Source: a virus (Duplodnaviria; Caudoviricetes). Taken from it: 64,000 nt of DNA. The translations under genes and the position numbers were made by a program. Below the pieces are notes generated by a model, which did not search any database, was not told the DNA's origin, and saw only the letters and a program-made list of their open reading frames with translations. This document shows positions 46,805 to 55,445 of the stretch, piece after piece (position 1 is the first letter of the stretch; every line of letters starts with the position of its first letter). The stretch covers positions 16,217 to 80,216 of the IMG/VR virus record IMGVR_UViG_2890388907_000005; one strand, given 5' to 3'.

Positions 46805-47324
46805 CCATTTTGGTGGCGGTGAGGCGGGGCGTGGTGATGCGGAGGTCGATCTTGGAGCGCCCCCGACGCGCCACGGTGGCATGGGCGCGGGCGAATGCGT
46901 CGTCCATCGACGCGGCGGTGATCGAGAAATCGGCGCGGCCCATGCGCCCGGTGCGGGTGCAGTAGGTGGCGGTGACGAGATAGATCGCGGTGGCCTCGGT
47001 GGGGCCGGGCTCGGCCGGCGACGTGGCGACCCGCAGGTATTCCCGCAGGATCGCCGCGATGTCGTCGGTGGCCATGGACGGACAGTCGGCGCAGGGGCTG
47101 TAGCCGATCAGGTCTTCATAGAGGCGATCCAGCGCGGCGCGACGCCATTCCTCGAAGGTGAGGCCTGCCGTGTAGGCGGCGGTGGTGACCTCGAAGCATT
47201 TGACCAGATAGGCGTCATCGGAGCCCTCCCCGCAGGGGCTGGTCCGGCTGTAGATCGCGAGGGCCAGCGCCTCGGCGCGGGGATCGTGGTCCGAGGGGTC
47301 GAAGTCGGTGATCGGGAGGGACAT
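46797..47324 (-). CDS. Hypothetical protein
   Basis: AAGGAG RBS; first gene after a near-consensus promoter. Confidence 0.7.
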   Translation of the reverse strand: MSLPITDFDPSDHDPRAEALALAIYSRTSPCGEGSDDAYLVKCFEVTTAAYTAGLTFEEWRRAALDRLYEDLIGYSPCADCPSMATDDIAAILREYLRVATSPAEPGPTEATAIYLVTATYCTRTGRMGRADFSITAASMDDAFARAHATVARRGRSKIDLRITTPRLTATKMDA

Positions 47325-47352
47325 CCTTGTCTCCTTGTGCTTGCGTTCTCTC

Positions 47353-47410
47353 TGTAGTTATATGTAGTCATAACCCATAGGTCAACTACAGACTACTACA
47401 GGTGACTACA
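47353..47410. promoter_or_regulatory. Leftward sigma70-type promoter overlapped by five TGTAGT/ACTACA boxes
   Basis: Minus strand TTGACC-17-TATAAC (47385-47357); TGTAGT at 47353 and 47363; ACTACA at 47385, 47395 and 47405. Confidence 0.8.
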
Positions 47411-47556
47411 TGACCAAGACGTTGCCCCTGTCCTTTCGGCTGGACCCTGCCGACAAGCTGGCGCTGGAGCGCGCAGCTGCTGCCGACGGCCGCTCGGTCT
47501 CCAACCTCCTGGTCCTGATCGTCCGCGAGTGGCTGGCCGCTCATCCGACATCGTAG
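47410..47556 (+). CDS. Ribbon-helix-helix (Arc/CopG-like) regulator, 48 aa (absent from ORF track)
   Basis: MTKTLPLSFRLDPADKLALERAAAADGRSVSNLLVLIVREWL. Confidence 0.85.
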   Translation: MTKTLPLSFRLDPADKLALERAAAADGRSVSNLLVLIVREWLAAHPTS

Positions 47557-47807
47557 CCGTGGTCGCGCAGGACGCGGCGCAGATGCGATAGCGCCCCCTT
47601 CGGATTGCCGCCGGCGCGCGGGGTGCATGCGATCGTGTGACGGAGCATGCCGCCGCAGGGCAGCCGGATCATCAGATAGGGGTGGCCGTGGCCGCTGGGA
47701 CCATGCGTCTCGAACCGCCAGCCCAGCGCGTCGAGGAAGGCGGCGATGGCGCGGTAGGAGTCACTCTGCCGGAGCTTCTGCTCGATGCGCGATTTGGAGC
47801 CCATCAC
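47541..47807 (-). CDS. Small HicA-like protein
   Basis: FLDALGWRF...SGHGHPYL...TIACTP...LSHLRR; alpha-beta-beta-beta-alpha pattern. Confidence 0.55.
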   Translation of the reverse strand: MMGSKSRIEQKLRQSDSYRAIAAFLDALGWRFETHGPSGHGHPYLMIRLPCGGMLRHTIACTPRAGGNPKGALSHLRRVLRDHGYDVG

Positions 47808-48457
47808 GCCCCTCCTGCGAACAGGCCATCCGCGAATGGCGCGGGTCCGGGTGCGGCCTGATGTGCCGCCTCGAACCGGCTGACCTGATTGCCCCAGACC
47901 GACCAGCCGGGCCGCCGCTGACGGCTGAAAAGTTCGACGCGCCTCACACCACCGGGGTAGAGGTGATCGGGCTGCAGCCGCGCCGCCTCGACGAATGCCT
48001 CATCCGGTTTGCGGCTATGCTCGCGCACCGGCGCCTCGATCACCGACCGGACGGAGCGTGAGGTTTTCGGGGCGCCGCGGGTGCCGATCAGGAAGGGCTC
48101 GCCTGCACAGCGCAGGATGTAGCCGGTGCCGAAAGCCTGCTTGCCGCGGGCAGTCTTCTTCGACCAGTGGCCAGCGGTTTTGAAGCAGAACCCCCACGCC
48201 TCCATCACCTCAAGCGCATGGGGTATCATCGGGTTGGTCGCCCAGAGCCAGAGGATGCAGTCCTCGGCGGCGAGGATCTGCACCGGAAGCGCGGCGATCC
48301 AATCGAGGCTCTGGCACTGATACTGGCCCGGCGCCCCCTTGATCGTCTTGCCCTTCTCGCTCCACGTCTCCATGCGCCACGGCGGATCGGCGACAATCAT
48401 CGTGAAGCCGCCCAGCGGCCGCAGCTCCGCCCATTCCTGTGCGATCGACACCATCAT
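47804..48457 (-). CDS. MT-A70 family adenine methyltransferase
   Basis: IVADPPW, LWLWATNP, AWGF, REHSRKP, VELFSR. Confidence 0.92.
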   Translation of the reverse strand: MMVSIAQEWAELRPLGGFTMIVADPPWRMETWSEKGKTIKGAPGQYQCQSLDWIAALPVQILAAEDCILWLWATNPMIPHALEVMEAWGFCFKTAGHWSKKTARGKQAFGTGYILRCAGEPFLIGTRGAPKTSRSVRSVIEAPVREHSRKPDEAFVEAARLQPDHLYPGGVRRVELFSRQRRPGWSVWGNQVSRFEAAHQAAPGPAPFADGLFAGGA

Positions 48458-49377
48458 TAATGCTCCACGAAGACGATGGGGACGTCGCTGGCCCAGCAGA
48501 GCCCGCAGTTGCCGCAGTGCCTGCCCTGCTCCCCCCGCATCGCCGCGGCCTGCTCGGGGCAGACGACGGCGTCGCCCACACGGCGCCTGGCGGTGGGAGC
48601 CTCGATCGTGAAGGCGCCCCATCGCCCGGTGCGGCCGGAATGCCGGATGGCGAAGCGGTGACCCAGCGCGGCACGGACCCGGGCGATGCCATCTCCGATG
48701 CGGGTGCCGGGCGCCCATGCGGTGAAGCCGAAGACGTGGAGACCGGGATGGGTGTCCAGAAGACGGGTCCACAGGGCGAGATAGTCGAAGCTGTAGAAGT
48801 CGCCGAGGACGTGGAGGCGGATCAGCACCAGCGGGTAGGTAGCGCAAAGCGAGGCGATCTCGCGCTCGATGGCGGTCTCCAGGGCCGGTCCGTGCCGCCA
48901 GCGGCGAGGATGCGGCATCGCGTTGCCGTAGCAGGTCGCCCAGAGGGCGCAGCTGCGTGGACAGGTCGCCCGCTCCTCCAGCGTCAGCGTGTAGATCCTC
49001 GCCCCGCGCAGCGGGCCCTTGAGGACGTCGCCGCCGATCTTCGCGTTGCTCGACCCGTCCTTCAGCACCGGCTCGCCGGCCGAGGCGTCGAGGACGCGGG
49101 CGGGATAGATGGTGCCCGTCGCATCGGCCGGCGCGATGCGCGGTGCCCCCATCGGGACGGCGGTGGTCTTGAACCGCCGCCTGTCACGCAGGGTCTCGGC
49201 CTTGGCCGCGGCGCGGCGGGCGCGGGCCTCCGAAGCGGTCTCCCCCTCGGGCCGGGTGCGTGGCCGCCCGCGCGTCTTCGGCGCCGCGATCCCGCTGACG
49301 CCCGGAGCAACCTTTTCCACCCGCCCCTCGGCGACGGCGCGCTGGATCATCTCGGCCATCTCGGCGCTGATCTTCAT
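48457..49377 (-). CDS. GP88-like Cys-rich (radical-SAM-like) protein
   Basis: NAKIG...TCPRSCALWATCY; IRLHVLGDF; CPEQ...CGNCGLCW. Confidence 0.7.
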   Translation of the reverse strand: MKISAEMAEMIQRAVAEGRVEKVAPGVSGIAAPKTRGRPRTRPEGETASEARARRAAAKAETLRDRRRFKTTAVPMGAPRIAPADATGTIYPARVLDASAGEPVLKDGSSNAKIGGDVLKGPLRGARIYTLTLEERATCPRSCALWATCYGNAMPHPRRWRHGPALETAIEREIASLCATYPLVLIRLHVLGDFYSFDYLALWTRLLDTHPGLHVFGFTAWAPGTRIGDGIARVRAALGHRFAIRHSGRTGRWGAFTIEAPTARRRVGDAVVCPEQAAAMRGEQGRHCGNCGLCWASDVPIVFVEH

Positions 49378-50228
49378 CCCGTGCAATCTCCCTCGCTGGC
49401 CTGACAGAGCGCGCCCTCGGTCTCGAACGCCCAATCACCCTGACGGGCGATGAACTCGCGCAATTCCGCGCGCGTGTAGCGTTTCGAGAACCAGGCGCCC
49501 CGGCCCGGCGTCATCCCGGCTGCGTTCGACAGCTCCGTCGCCAGTGCCTCCATCCGCTCCCACCACGCCGCGCGATCCGGGAAGTCGCGGACAAGAGCGG
49601 CGACGTGGGCCTCCGACTTCAGGAAGCAGCCGTCGCAGTTTCCGAGCCAGCAGTTGCCGCGGACGTTGGGCAGCCGCAGGTCGAAGGGCTGGGCGCGCCA
49701 GAACTCGGCGACGTCATGGCGGGAGACCCCGGCTGTGGCGAGCGGTGTCCAGACCACCCAGCGGTCCCGCGGCGGCGGCTTGTTCAGCCGGTGCGGCTCA
49801 TCGGCGCGGATACCGACACAGTTTGTCCATCGGTCCCAGCCCAGCGAGCGCAGCCACCGCTTCGCCGTCCGAACCTTCAACTCCGTCGAACAGAACCTGG
49901 CCTGTTGATTTGGCAGGAACTTGCGCTTGCGGATCAGCGCCTCGAACGGAGCGCCGGTCCGATCGGCGCTGTTGTGATTGACGATCTCGAAGAACGGCGC
50001 GGTTGCCCGGTATTCGAGCCAGGTGACGCGGACCCCCCAGCGGTGGCCCACCTCCTGCACGAAATCCAGCGTCTGGGGCATCTCGCGGCCGGTGTTCTGG
50101 AAGGTGACAACCGCGCGCTCCGGCAGGCCGCCGTTGGCGGCGAGGATCTGATGCAGCATGTAGCCGGAGGTGCGACCGCCGCTGAACGCGATCTGGACGT
50201 TGCCATCGGGCAGCGCGTAATGGTTCAT
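49374..50228 (-). CDS. PAPS-reductase family (PP-loop) phage protein
   Basis: AFSGGRTSG, FQNTGRE, RFCSTELK, GIRADE, GNCDGCFLK. Confidence 0.9.
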   Translation of the reverse strand: MNHYALPDGNVQIAFSGGRTSGYMLHQILAANGGLPERAVVTFQNTGREMPQTLDFVQEVGHRWGVRVTWLEYRATAPFFEIVNHNSADRTGAPFEALIRKRKFLPNQQARFCSTELKVRTAKRWLRSLGWDRWTNCVGIRADEPHRLNKPPPRDRWVVWTPLATAGVSRHDVAEFWRAQPFDLRLPNVRGNCWLGNCDGCFLKSEAHVAALVRDFPDRAAWWERMEALATELSNAAGMTPGRGAWFSKRYTRAELREFIARQGDWAFETEGALCQASEGDCTG

Positions 50229-51031
50229 CCCCGCCCCCCCATGATCGTGGCCAGCGGAAGAACGTCCTCGAAGTTGCACCAGAAGACTTCGGTCCGCTCG
50301 GCGGCGCGATCCGCGTGGGTGTCGATCTCGATGCGGCGCCAACCCGTCAGCGCGTCGTCGTAGAGCGCGGAGGCATAGCCCGACAGGATGACGGCCCCAC
50401 GCAGCCCCAGCAGGCAGTCCAACAGGGCCACATGGTCCTCCCGGGTCATCTCGTGCCGATAGTCCCGGCCAGCATCCCGCGTCTCCGGCAGGTAAGGCGG
50501 ATCGACGAAATGCACGGTGTTCGCACCGTCATGGGCCTGCATGACCTGCACTGCAGGGCGCTGCTCGATCACCACCCCGCGCATCCGCTCCGCCGCCTCG
50601 CGGATCGTCAGCGGCAGCGTCATCCAGCCATGGACAGGCAGCGTTCCCGACCGCATCCCCGCGGCCCGGAATCCGGTGGCGCGATGAATGCCGGAGGAAC
50701 CATGCCCGAAATGGCTGCGGATCAGCACCCGCCTCGCGCGTTCCAGATCGCTGGTCGCGGGCTGGTAGCTGATCTGGTGTTCCTCGCGCGCGAACGGTGT
50801 CAGCGCCACAGCAGCGGCCAGCGCCTCGGTGTCGTCCCGCAGCACACGGAACAGGGTGACCATGTCGCCGTCGAGATCGTTGTAGACCTCGAGCTTGGAC
50901 CGAGGCTTCGCCAACAGCACCGCAGCGCCGCCGCCGAACGGCTCGACGTAGCAGTCGTGCGGGGGGCACAGCCCGACGATGTGCCTGGCCATGCGGACCT
51001 TGCCGCCGTGGTATCTCACCAGCGCGCCCAT
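50225..51031 (-). CDS. dam: DNA adenine methyltransferase (D12/Dam class)
   Basis: YHGGK, YVEPFGGG, EVYNDLD, FVDPPY. Confidence 0.93.
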   Translation of the reverse strand: MGALVRYHGGKVRMARHIVGLCPPHDCYVEPFGGGAAVLLAKPRSKLEVYNDLDGDMVTLFRVLRDDTEALAAAVALTPFAREEHQISYQPATSDLERARRVLIRSHFGHGSSGIHRATGFRAAGMRSGTLPVHGWMTLPLTIREAAERMRGVVIEQRPAVQVMQAHDGANTVHFVDPPYLPETRDAGRDYRHEMTREDHVALLDCLLGLRGAVILSGYASALYDDALTGWRRIEIDTHADRAAERTEVFWCNFEDVLPLATIMGGRG

Positions 51032-51846
51032 CACTCCGCCGCCTCCCGCTTCGGCGGCAGCAGTTTCACCGCCCAGGTCTCGAAATCCGCCTCGACCCGG
51101 GGGTAGATGCCGGGATGCTCGCGCCGCAGCTGGGCCGCGGGGAACCCCGGTCCCGCGACCCAGTCCCCCCGCTTTGGACCAGCGGCGAGCCAATGGCCGG
51201 TCATCCAGCGGGAGGGATCAATGCCCAGCACCCTGAACTGGGCACGGGTAATCGTGCCCATCCGTTCCACCCAGATGCAGACGCGCATCGCCTTGATCTT
51301 CCAGTCGGAGAGGATCATCGGCGACGGCACCCCGGCGGCCACCTCGGGCACATATTCCGGGAGCCGATGGCGCTCGGTCGGGAACTCGTCGAACCACCCC
51401 GCGTGATCCCAGCTCGACCACCACGTCGGGATGCGGTCCAATGTCTCGTCCTGCGGCAGGTCCGGCCGGAAGACGGGCAGCAGCGGCCCCTGCGCATCCC
51501 ACCAGCCTCCCGGCCTGCGACTCTGGCTCATCTCGCGCGGGCTGATGACCGTGAGACCGAGGGCATGGGCGAGGGCGTCATGCTCCGCACTGATCCGCCC
51601 GACCAGGACCGCCCGGAAATCGGGACCATCGGGGCCGTTGCGCCGGTTGATCGCCTGCACCAACACCTTGGCGTTGAGCGTCAGCTTCGCCTGGATCCCT
51701 ATCTGCCATCCTCCGGTTCGGTGAACCAGCAGGATGTCCCATCCGCAGGTCTCCGGATACGCCACCCAGTTGTCGGGGATCGAGACGAGGAAGGCGCGAC
51801 ACAGCGCCGCCTCCGTCTCGAAGGCCCATCGCGTCGTCGTCGTCAT
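51031..51846 (-). CDS. Hypothetical protein, possible PD-(D/E)XK-like fold
   Basis: YPETCGWDILLV...IGIQAKL. Confidence 0.65.
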   Translation of the reverse strand: MTTTTRWAFETEAALCRAFLVSIPDNWVAYPETCGWDILLVHRTGGWQIGIQAKLTLNAKVLVQAINRRNGPDGPDFRAVLVGRISAEHDALAHALGLTVISPREMSQSRRPGGWWDAQGPLLPVFRPDLPQDETLDRIPTWWSSWDHAGWFDEFPTERHRLPEYVPEVAAGVPSPMILSDWKIKAMRVCIWVERMGTITRAQFRVLGIDPSRWMTGHWLAAGPKRGDWVAGPGFPAAQLRREHPGIYPRVEADFETWAVKLLPPKREAAE

Positions 51847-52094
51847 CGTCTGCCTTCTTCTGCTGTGGTGGCGGCGAGAGCGCGCAGTTTTTCGACAGCG
51901 TCCGCATAAAATCTCGCCCAGGGGCCGGGCTGTCCTTTTTGCCTGGCGCCGCGCCCCCAGAGCGCCTCATAGAACCTTAGCCAGCGCGGAAGTTCGGCGA
52001 GATCGTGCCATTCGGAGCGCCATTTTCCGCTGGCCATGATGAAGCGACGCCCGTCTTTGGAGACGATCACCCGGAAGTCGTGCGGATTGGTCAT
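51843..52094 (-). CDS. Hypothetical protein
   Basis: ATGA coupling on both sides. Confidence 0.65.
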   Translation of the reverse strand: MTNPHDFRVIVSKDGRRFIMASGKWRSEWHDLAELPRWLRFYEALWGRGARQKGQPGPWARFYADAVEKLRALAATTAEEGRR

Positions 52095-52594
52095 TCCGCA
52101 CCCTCCGATTGTGGCCGGGGGTCATACCTCCACCCCAGTTTCAGGTGGCCGGTGATGATGCGGCCGCGATCGGCGATGCCAAAATCCTGGAGAAGGGCGA
52201 GACCGCCGACGATCTGGCGAAGCAGATCTTGCGGCATGGGCATCGGGGATGCCGGCCAGCCCTTGGCCCGCAGGTTCGGACAATGGGCGGCCGCTATTGT
52301 GGCACAGGCGCGATGCAGAGGCGGTTCCTCGGTCATCAGCCCGTGACGGAGATCCATGCGTCCCTCACCCAGGGCGAACCACCAGCGGTCTTCCGGTCCC
52401 GTCCTTTCCCCGCAGAGGGAGCATCGCATCTCGGCCATGGCCTTGCGCTGGCGCACCGCATGAGGCTTGGCGAAGCGCGGGACTCCATCGCCCTGCCGCT
52501 GGGGTTGCCAGATCGCCAGCCCGCCGGCGTAGCGACAGGGGCGCACCTCGAATTCTTCCTCCCCGCTCCAGCTGACGATCCACGGGACGATCAT
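52091..52594 (-). CDS. Cys/His-containing phage protein
   Basis: VPWIVSWSGE, HAVRQRKAM...CSLCG, EPPLHRACA...CP. Confidence 0.7.
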   Translation of the reverse strand: MIVPWIVSWSGEEEFEVRPCRYAGGLAIWQPQRQGDGVPRFAKPHAVRQRKAMAEMRCSLCGERTGPEDRWWFALGEGRMDLRHGLMTEEPPLHRACATIAAAHCPNLRAKGWPASPMPMPQDLLRQIVGGLALLQDFGIADRGRIITGHLKLGWRYDPRPQSEGAE

Positions 52595-52902
52595 GCCGCC
52601 CGCTCCGGCTCGCCAGCGGCGGGCTCGACAGCTGCGGGATCGACAAAGCACCAATCCGTCCACCCCGCGATCTGGACCCGGAGGTAGACGCTGCGCTCGG
52701 TCAGCCCGTGGATGACTCGCCCGGTCTTCAGGTTCATCCCCGCCCATCGACGCGACGAGATCAGGCGGGCCTTGGCGAGGACGGCGACGACAACCTGAAG
52801 CGGCGCGTCGATCCGGTGGGCGATCTCGTCTGGCGTCAACACCGCCGCCATCGAGCAGATCGAGCGTTCGTTGAAGTTGAGGGGTTGCGAAAACGCGGTC
52901 AT
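52591..52902 (-). CDS. Hypothetical protein
   Basis: Start 1 nt after the upstream stop; ATGA coupling downstream. Confidence 0.6.
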   Translation of the reverse strand: MTAFSQPLNFNERSICSMAAVLTPDEIAHRIDAPLQVVVAVLAKARLISSRRWAGMNLKTGRVIHGLTERSVYLRVQIAGWTDWCFVDPAAVEPAAGEPERAA

Positions 52903-52903
52903 C

Positions 52904-53518
52904 TCAGGCCTCGGTCTGATTGGGACGGGTGTTGGGGACGGTGATGTCGCGAGAGGACCGGGTCTGATCCCCCTTGGCGACGCGCCAGGCGGCGCGATGC
53001 TGGGCCTCCATTTCGGCGCGCCAGGCGCTGGCCTTGGCTTCGCCCCAGACAGCGACGCGGGACGCATAGACGGCGTCGCGGTAGCGGGTGACCTCTTCGC
53101 GGCTCACCAGCCCGCGCAGCTGCAGCTCCACGGCGAAGCGACCGTAGAGCCAGTTTTCCCCGACCGGCTTCCCCTCCCGGATCAGCCTCGCGGTATTGGC
53201 GTGGGCGTCGAAGCGTTGCGGGGCGGGCGCGGGATGGGCTTCGTGCAGGCGACGCGATGCGGGGCCGGCGGCGTCGCGGATCTCGCGTTCGGTGGGCCAG
53301 AAGGTCGCCGACCCAGCCTCGCCCAAGGCGGTCTCGAACAGGGGCCACCAAAGCGCCAGGCGCTCGTGGTCGCGCGGCGCATGTCGCTCGATGGCCAGAC
53401 ACAGGGCCCTGATCTCGTCGTTCTGCGCTTCGGGTTTGTCCTCGATGCGCCGGGGGATTTGCCGGCGCTGCAGGAACCGGGTCAGGCGGTTCCTGATGTC
53501 GTGGTTGTGCAGGCTCAA
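52904..53518 (-). CDS. Replication-module protein following the initiator (possible helicase loader)
   Basis: GGAGG RBS, TTG start overlapping the initiator stop; FWPTEREI. Confidence 0.6.
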   Translation of the reverse strand: MSLHNHDIRNRLTRFLQRRQIPRRIEDKPEAQNDEIRALCLAIERHAPRDHERLALWWPLFETALGEAGSATFWPTEREIRDAAGPASRRLHEAHPAPAPQRFDAHANTARLIREGKPVGENWLYGRFAVELQLRGLVSREEVTRYRDAVYASRVAVWGEAKASAWRAEMEAQHRAAWRVAKGDQTRSSRDITVPNTRPNQTEA

Positions 53519-54447
53519 AAGTCTTCCTCCGGAAAGGCGCGACGCATGATCTCGGCTGGATCGGTCGTGTCGCGCGGTCGGTAGCGGGGTGACGGGCTCG
53601 CCGAGGGGGCGAGCGGCGGCGCCGCCTTCGCGGCGGCGAGGTTTTGCATGGCGCGGTCCAGCGCCTTCGGCCCGTTGGGCGGATCGGCATGACGCTGGCG
53701 GCTGGCTCTCACGCATTCGACGATCTCGTCGGGGGTGAGGCTCAGGTCGGTGACCCAGCGGGCGACAGCGATCGCCGCGGCCGGCGGCATCCAGTGGGTC
53801 GGGATGTGTCCCGATCCTCCGACTCCGGCGGCTGCCATGACGCGGTCGAGCAGATCGTCGTGCCAGCCCCCCGGGGCGGCGGCGGCGGGTTCGGGAGGGG
53901 GATCATCGACCTTGTCGATTTCGCCTCGCGCGCGCTGCTGCTGCTTGCTAAGAGTCTGAGGAGACGAAGTCTCCGAAGATGGAGTATGGAGTATGGAGTA
54001 TGGGGGGTTAAGGGGGGGGTTGGCATTTCGGTTATCCGACCCGGAATTTTTCCTGTTTTTACCGGGACTTGAGGACAGGCTTGGATTGCCGCCTTTCGAG
54101 CCGTTTTTCTTGTTTGTTTTGCGCTGTTTCTCGGCGCGAACCATTTTCCTGCAGTAGATGCGGCCTTTCCGGTCGCGGCTGAAGACGCCGCGGCGCTCCA
54201 ATTCTTCCAGCAGATCGGCGGCGATAGCCGGGTCGCAGCCGCCGAGCGCGGCGACATCCTCCACGGTGATCGGATCACCGTTGATGAGCATGAAGCCGCG
54301 GTCCTGTGATCGCGCGGCGACACACAGCATCCGCATCCACAGCCCCTGTGCGGCCAGCGAACACACCCGCAGCGCAAGATCGCTCTCATAGTCCTTCCAG
54401 AAGAAGACGTCGCTGGGGTTGTTGTCGTCCTGGCGCCGCTTGCTCAC
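53515..54447 (-). CDS. Phage replication initiator protein
   Basis: FFWKDYESDLALRVCSLAAQGLWMRML; NGSKGGNP; central low-complexity region. Confidence 0.8.
   Translation of the reverse strand: MSKRRQDDNNPSDVFFWKDYESDLALRVCSLAAQGLWMRMLCVAARSQDRGFMLINGDPITVEDVAALGGCDPAIAADLLEELERRGVFSRDRKGRIYCRKMVRAEKQRKTNKKNGSKGGNPSLSSSPGKNRKNSGSDNRNANPPLNPPYSILHTPSSETSSPQTLSKQQQRARGEIDKVDDPPPEPAAAAPGGWHDDLLDRVMAAAGVGGSGHIPTHWMPPAAAIAVARWVTDLSLTPDEIVECVRASRQRHADPPNGPKALDRAMQNLAAAKAAPPLAPSASPSPRYRPRDTTDPAEIMRRAFPEEDF
53960..54130. repeat. Candidate replication origin: (ATGGAGT)x3, G-run/GGTT repeats, hairpin and T-rich tract inside the initiator gene
   Basis: ATGGAGT x3 at 53979-53999; GGAGAC-GAA-GTCTCC at 53960-53974; T-rich 54046-54130. 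Confidence 0.6.
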
Positions 54448-54812
54448 GTCGCCACCTCGCCGGTGAGGGTGACGATGATCCTGCCAGGGCGCGCCGGGGC
54501 GTCGAAGGAATAGGTCGGCCGCAGGTGCCTGTCGTCGATCCCCAGCGCGTCAGCGATGCCGTCTCGCCCATGCTTGAAGGCACCGATCATGCCGTCGTCA
54601 TCCCGCCGGCGCGCATCTGGCGGGGTGAATGAGACGACCATGGCCGGGGGCGCAGCGAAACGCAGGCGCCCCATTGCGGAGCGGGTGAGGGCGAAGGCGG
54701 TGGTCCGGGCATCCCTGATGGCGCCGCGATATGCCGACCAGTGCGACCGACGCTTGGCGTTGGGCATGAGCCGCTTATCCGGCCACGGCAGAGTCACGAT
54801 GATTACCAGCAT
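54444..54812 (-). CDS. rusA: RusA-like Holliday junction resolvase
   Basis: LPWPDKRLMPN; PPDARRRDDDG...KHGRDGIADALGIDD. Confidence 0.8.
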   Translation of the reverse strand: MLVIIVTLPWPDKRLMPNAKRRSHWSAYRGAIRDARTTAFALTRSAMGRLRFAAPPAMVVSFTPPDARRRDDDGMIGAFKHGRDGIADALGIDDRHLRPTYSFDAPARPGRIIVTLTGEVAT

Positions 54813-55123
54813 CAGGCCGCCGAAGCGCGCCCCCAGCGGCGGCTGCATCCTGCCCTGAGTCGTCCTCCCCACCTCCTTGCCGGCGGGAGCCGGCGGAGGA
54901 TGTCCTCGGGATGGATGGTCATCGCAATCGCGACGGCAAACCCGCTGGGACCGGTCACCGCTCCCCACCAGCCCCGGGCCGTAGACTCATCGACGCCGAA
55001 GGTGACGGCGACATGCGCGGTGGAGACGAAGTTGTCGCGCAGGTAGTCCGACCAGATCGACACGAAGTTGCGTCGGATCGACCGGACAAATGCGGGATCG
55101 GGGAATTTCCCGGGAGACATCAC
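54812..55123 (-). CDS. HTH protein (CII position)
   Basis: HVAVTFGVDESTARGWW; follows cro. Confidence 0.65.
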   Translation of the reverse strand: MMSPGKFPDPAFVRSIRRNFVSIWSDYLRDNFVSTAHVAVTFGVDESTARGWWGAVTGPSGFAVAIAMTIHPEDILRRLPPARRWGGRLRAGCSRRWGRASAA

Positions 55124-55359
55124 CGCGCCTTCCTGCGATTGCGAATGGCATTCGGCGGGTTCGCCTGCATGTATTCCCGGATCTTCCGCATCGTGCGGAG
55201 TTCACATTCGCCTTTGGCTTCGAGCCTCTGAAACAGCTTGGAGTTGGAGGCGGCATAGCTCCCGAGCGTCCCGAGAGAGATCCCGCGGCGCTGGCAATAG
55301 ATGCGGCATTCCGCGACGAAGGCGGCGATGAGCGGTTCAATGAGGACGGTGTCGGACAT
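55120..55359 (-). CDS. Cro-like regulator
   Basis: GISLGTLGSYAASNSKLFQRL...LRTMRKIREYM; divergent from the repressor. Confidence 0.8.
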   Translation of the reverse strand: MSDTVLIEPLIAAFVAECRIYCQRRGISLGTLGSYAASNSKLFQRLEAKGECELRTMRKIREYMQANPPNAIRNRRKAR

Positions 55360-55445
55360 GCCCGGACGATGGGGCAAAAGCACAATTCTTGCAAGGGGCA
55401 ACAGCCCCATGTTTTTGGAACCACCAGTGGGGCAAGACTGACCCA
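55360..55445. promoter_or_regulatory. cI/cro divergent control region with TGGGGC-N4-GCCCCA-type operators
   Basis: TGGGGC-AAAA-GCACAA 55370-55385; AGGGGC-AACA-GCCCCA 55394-55409; half-site at 55428; minus-strand TTGCAA-17-CATCGT. Confidence 0.75.
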
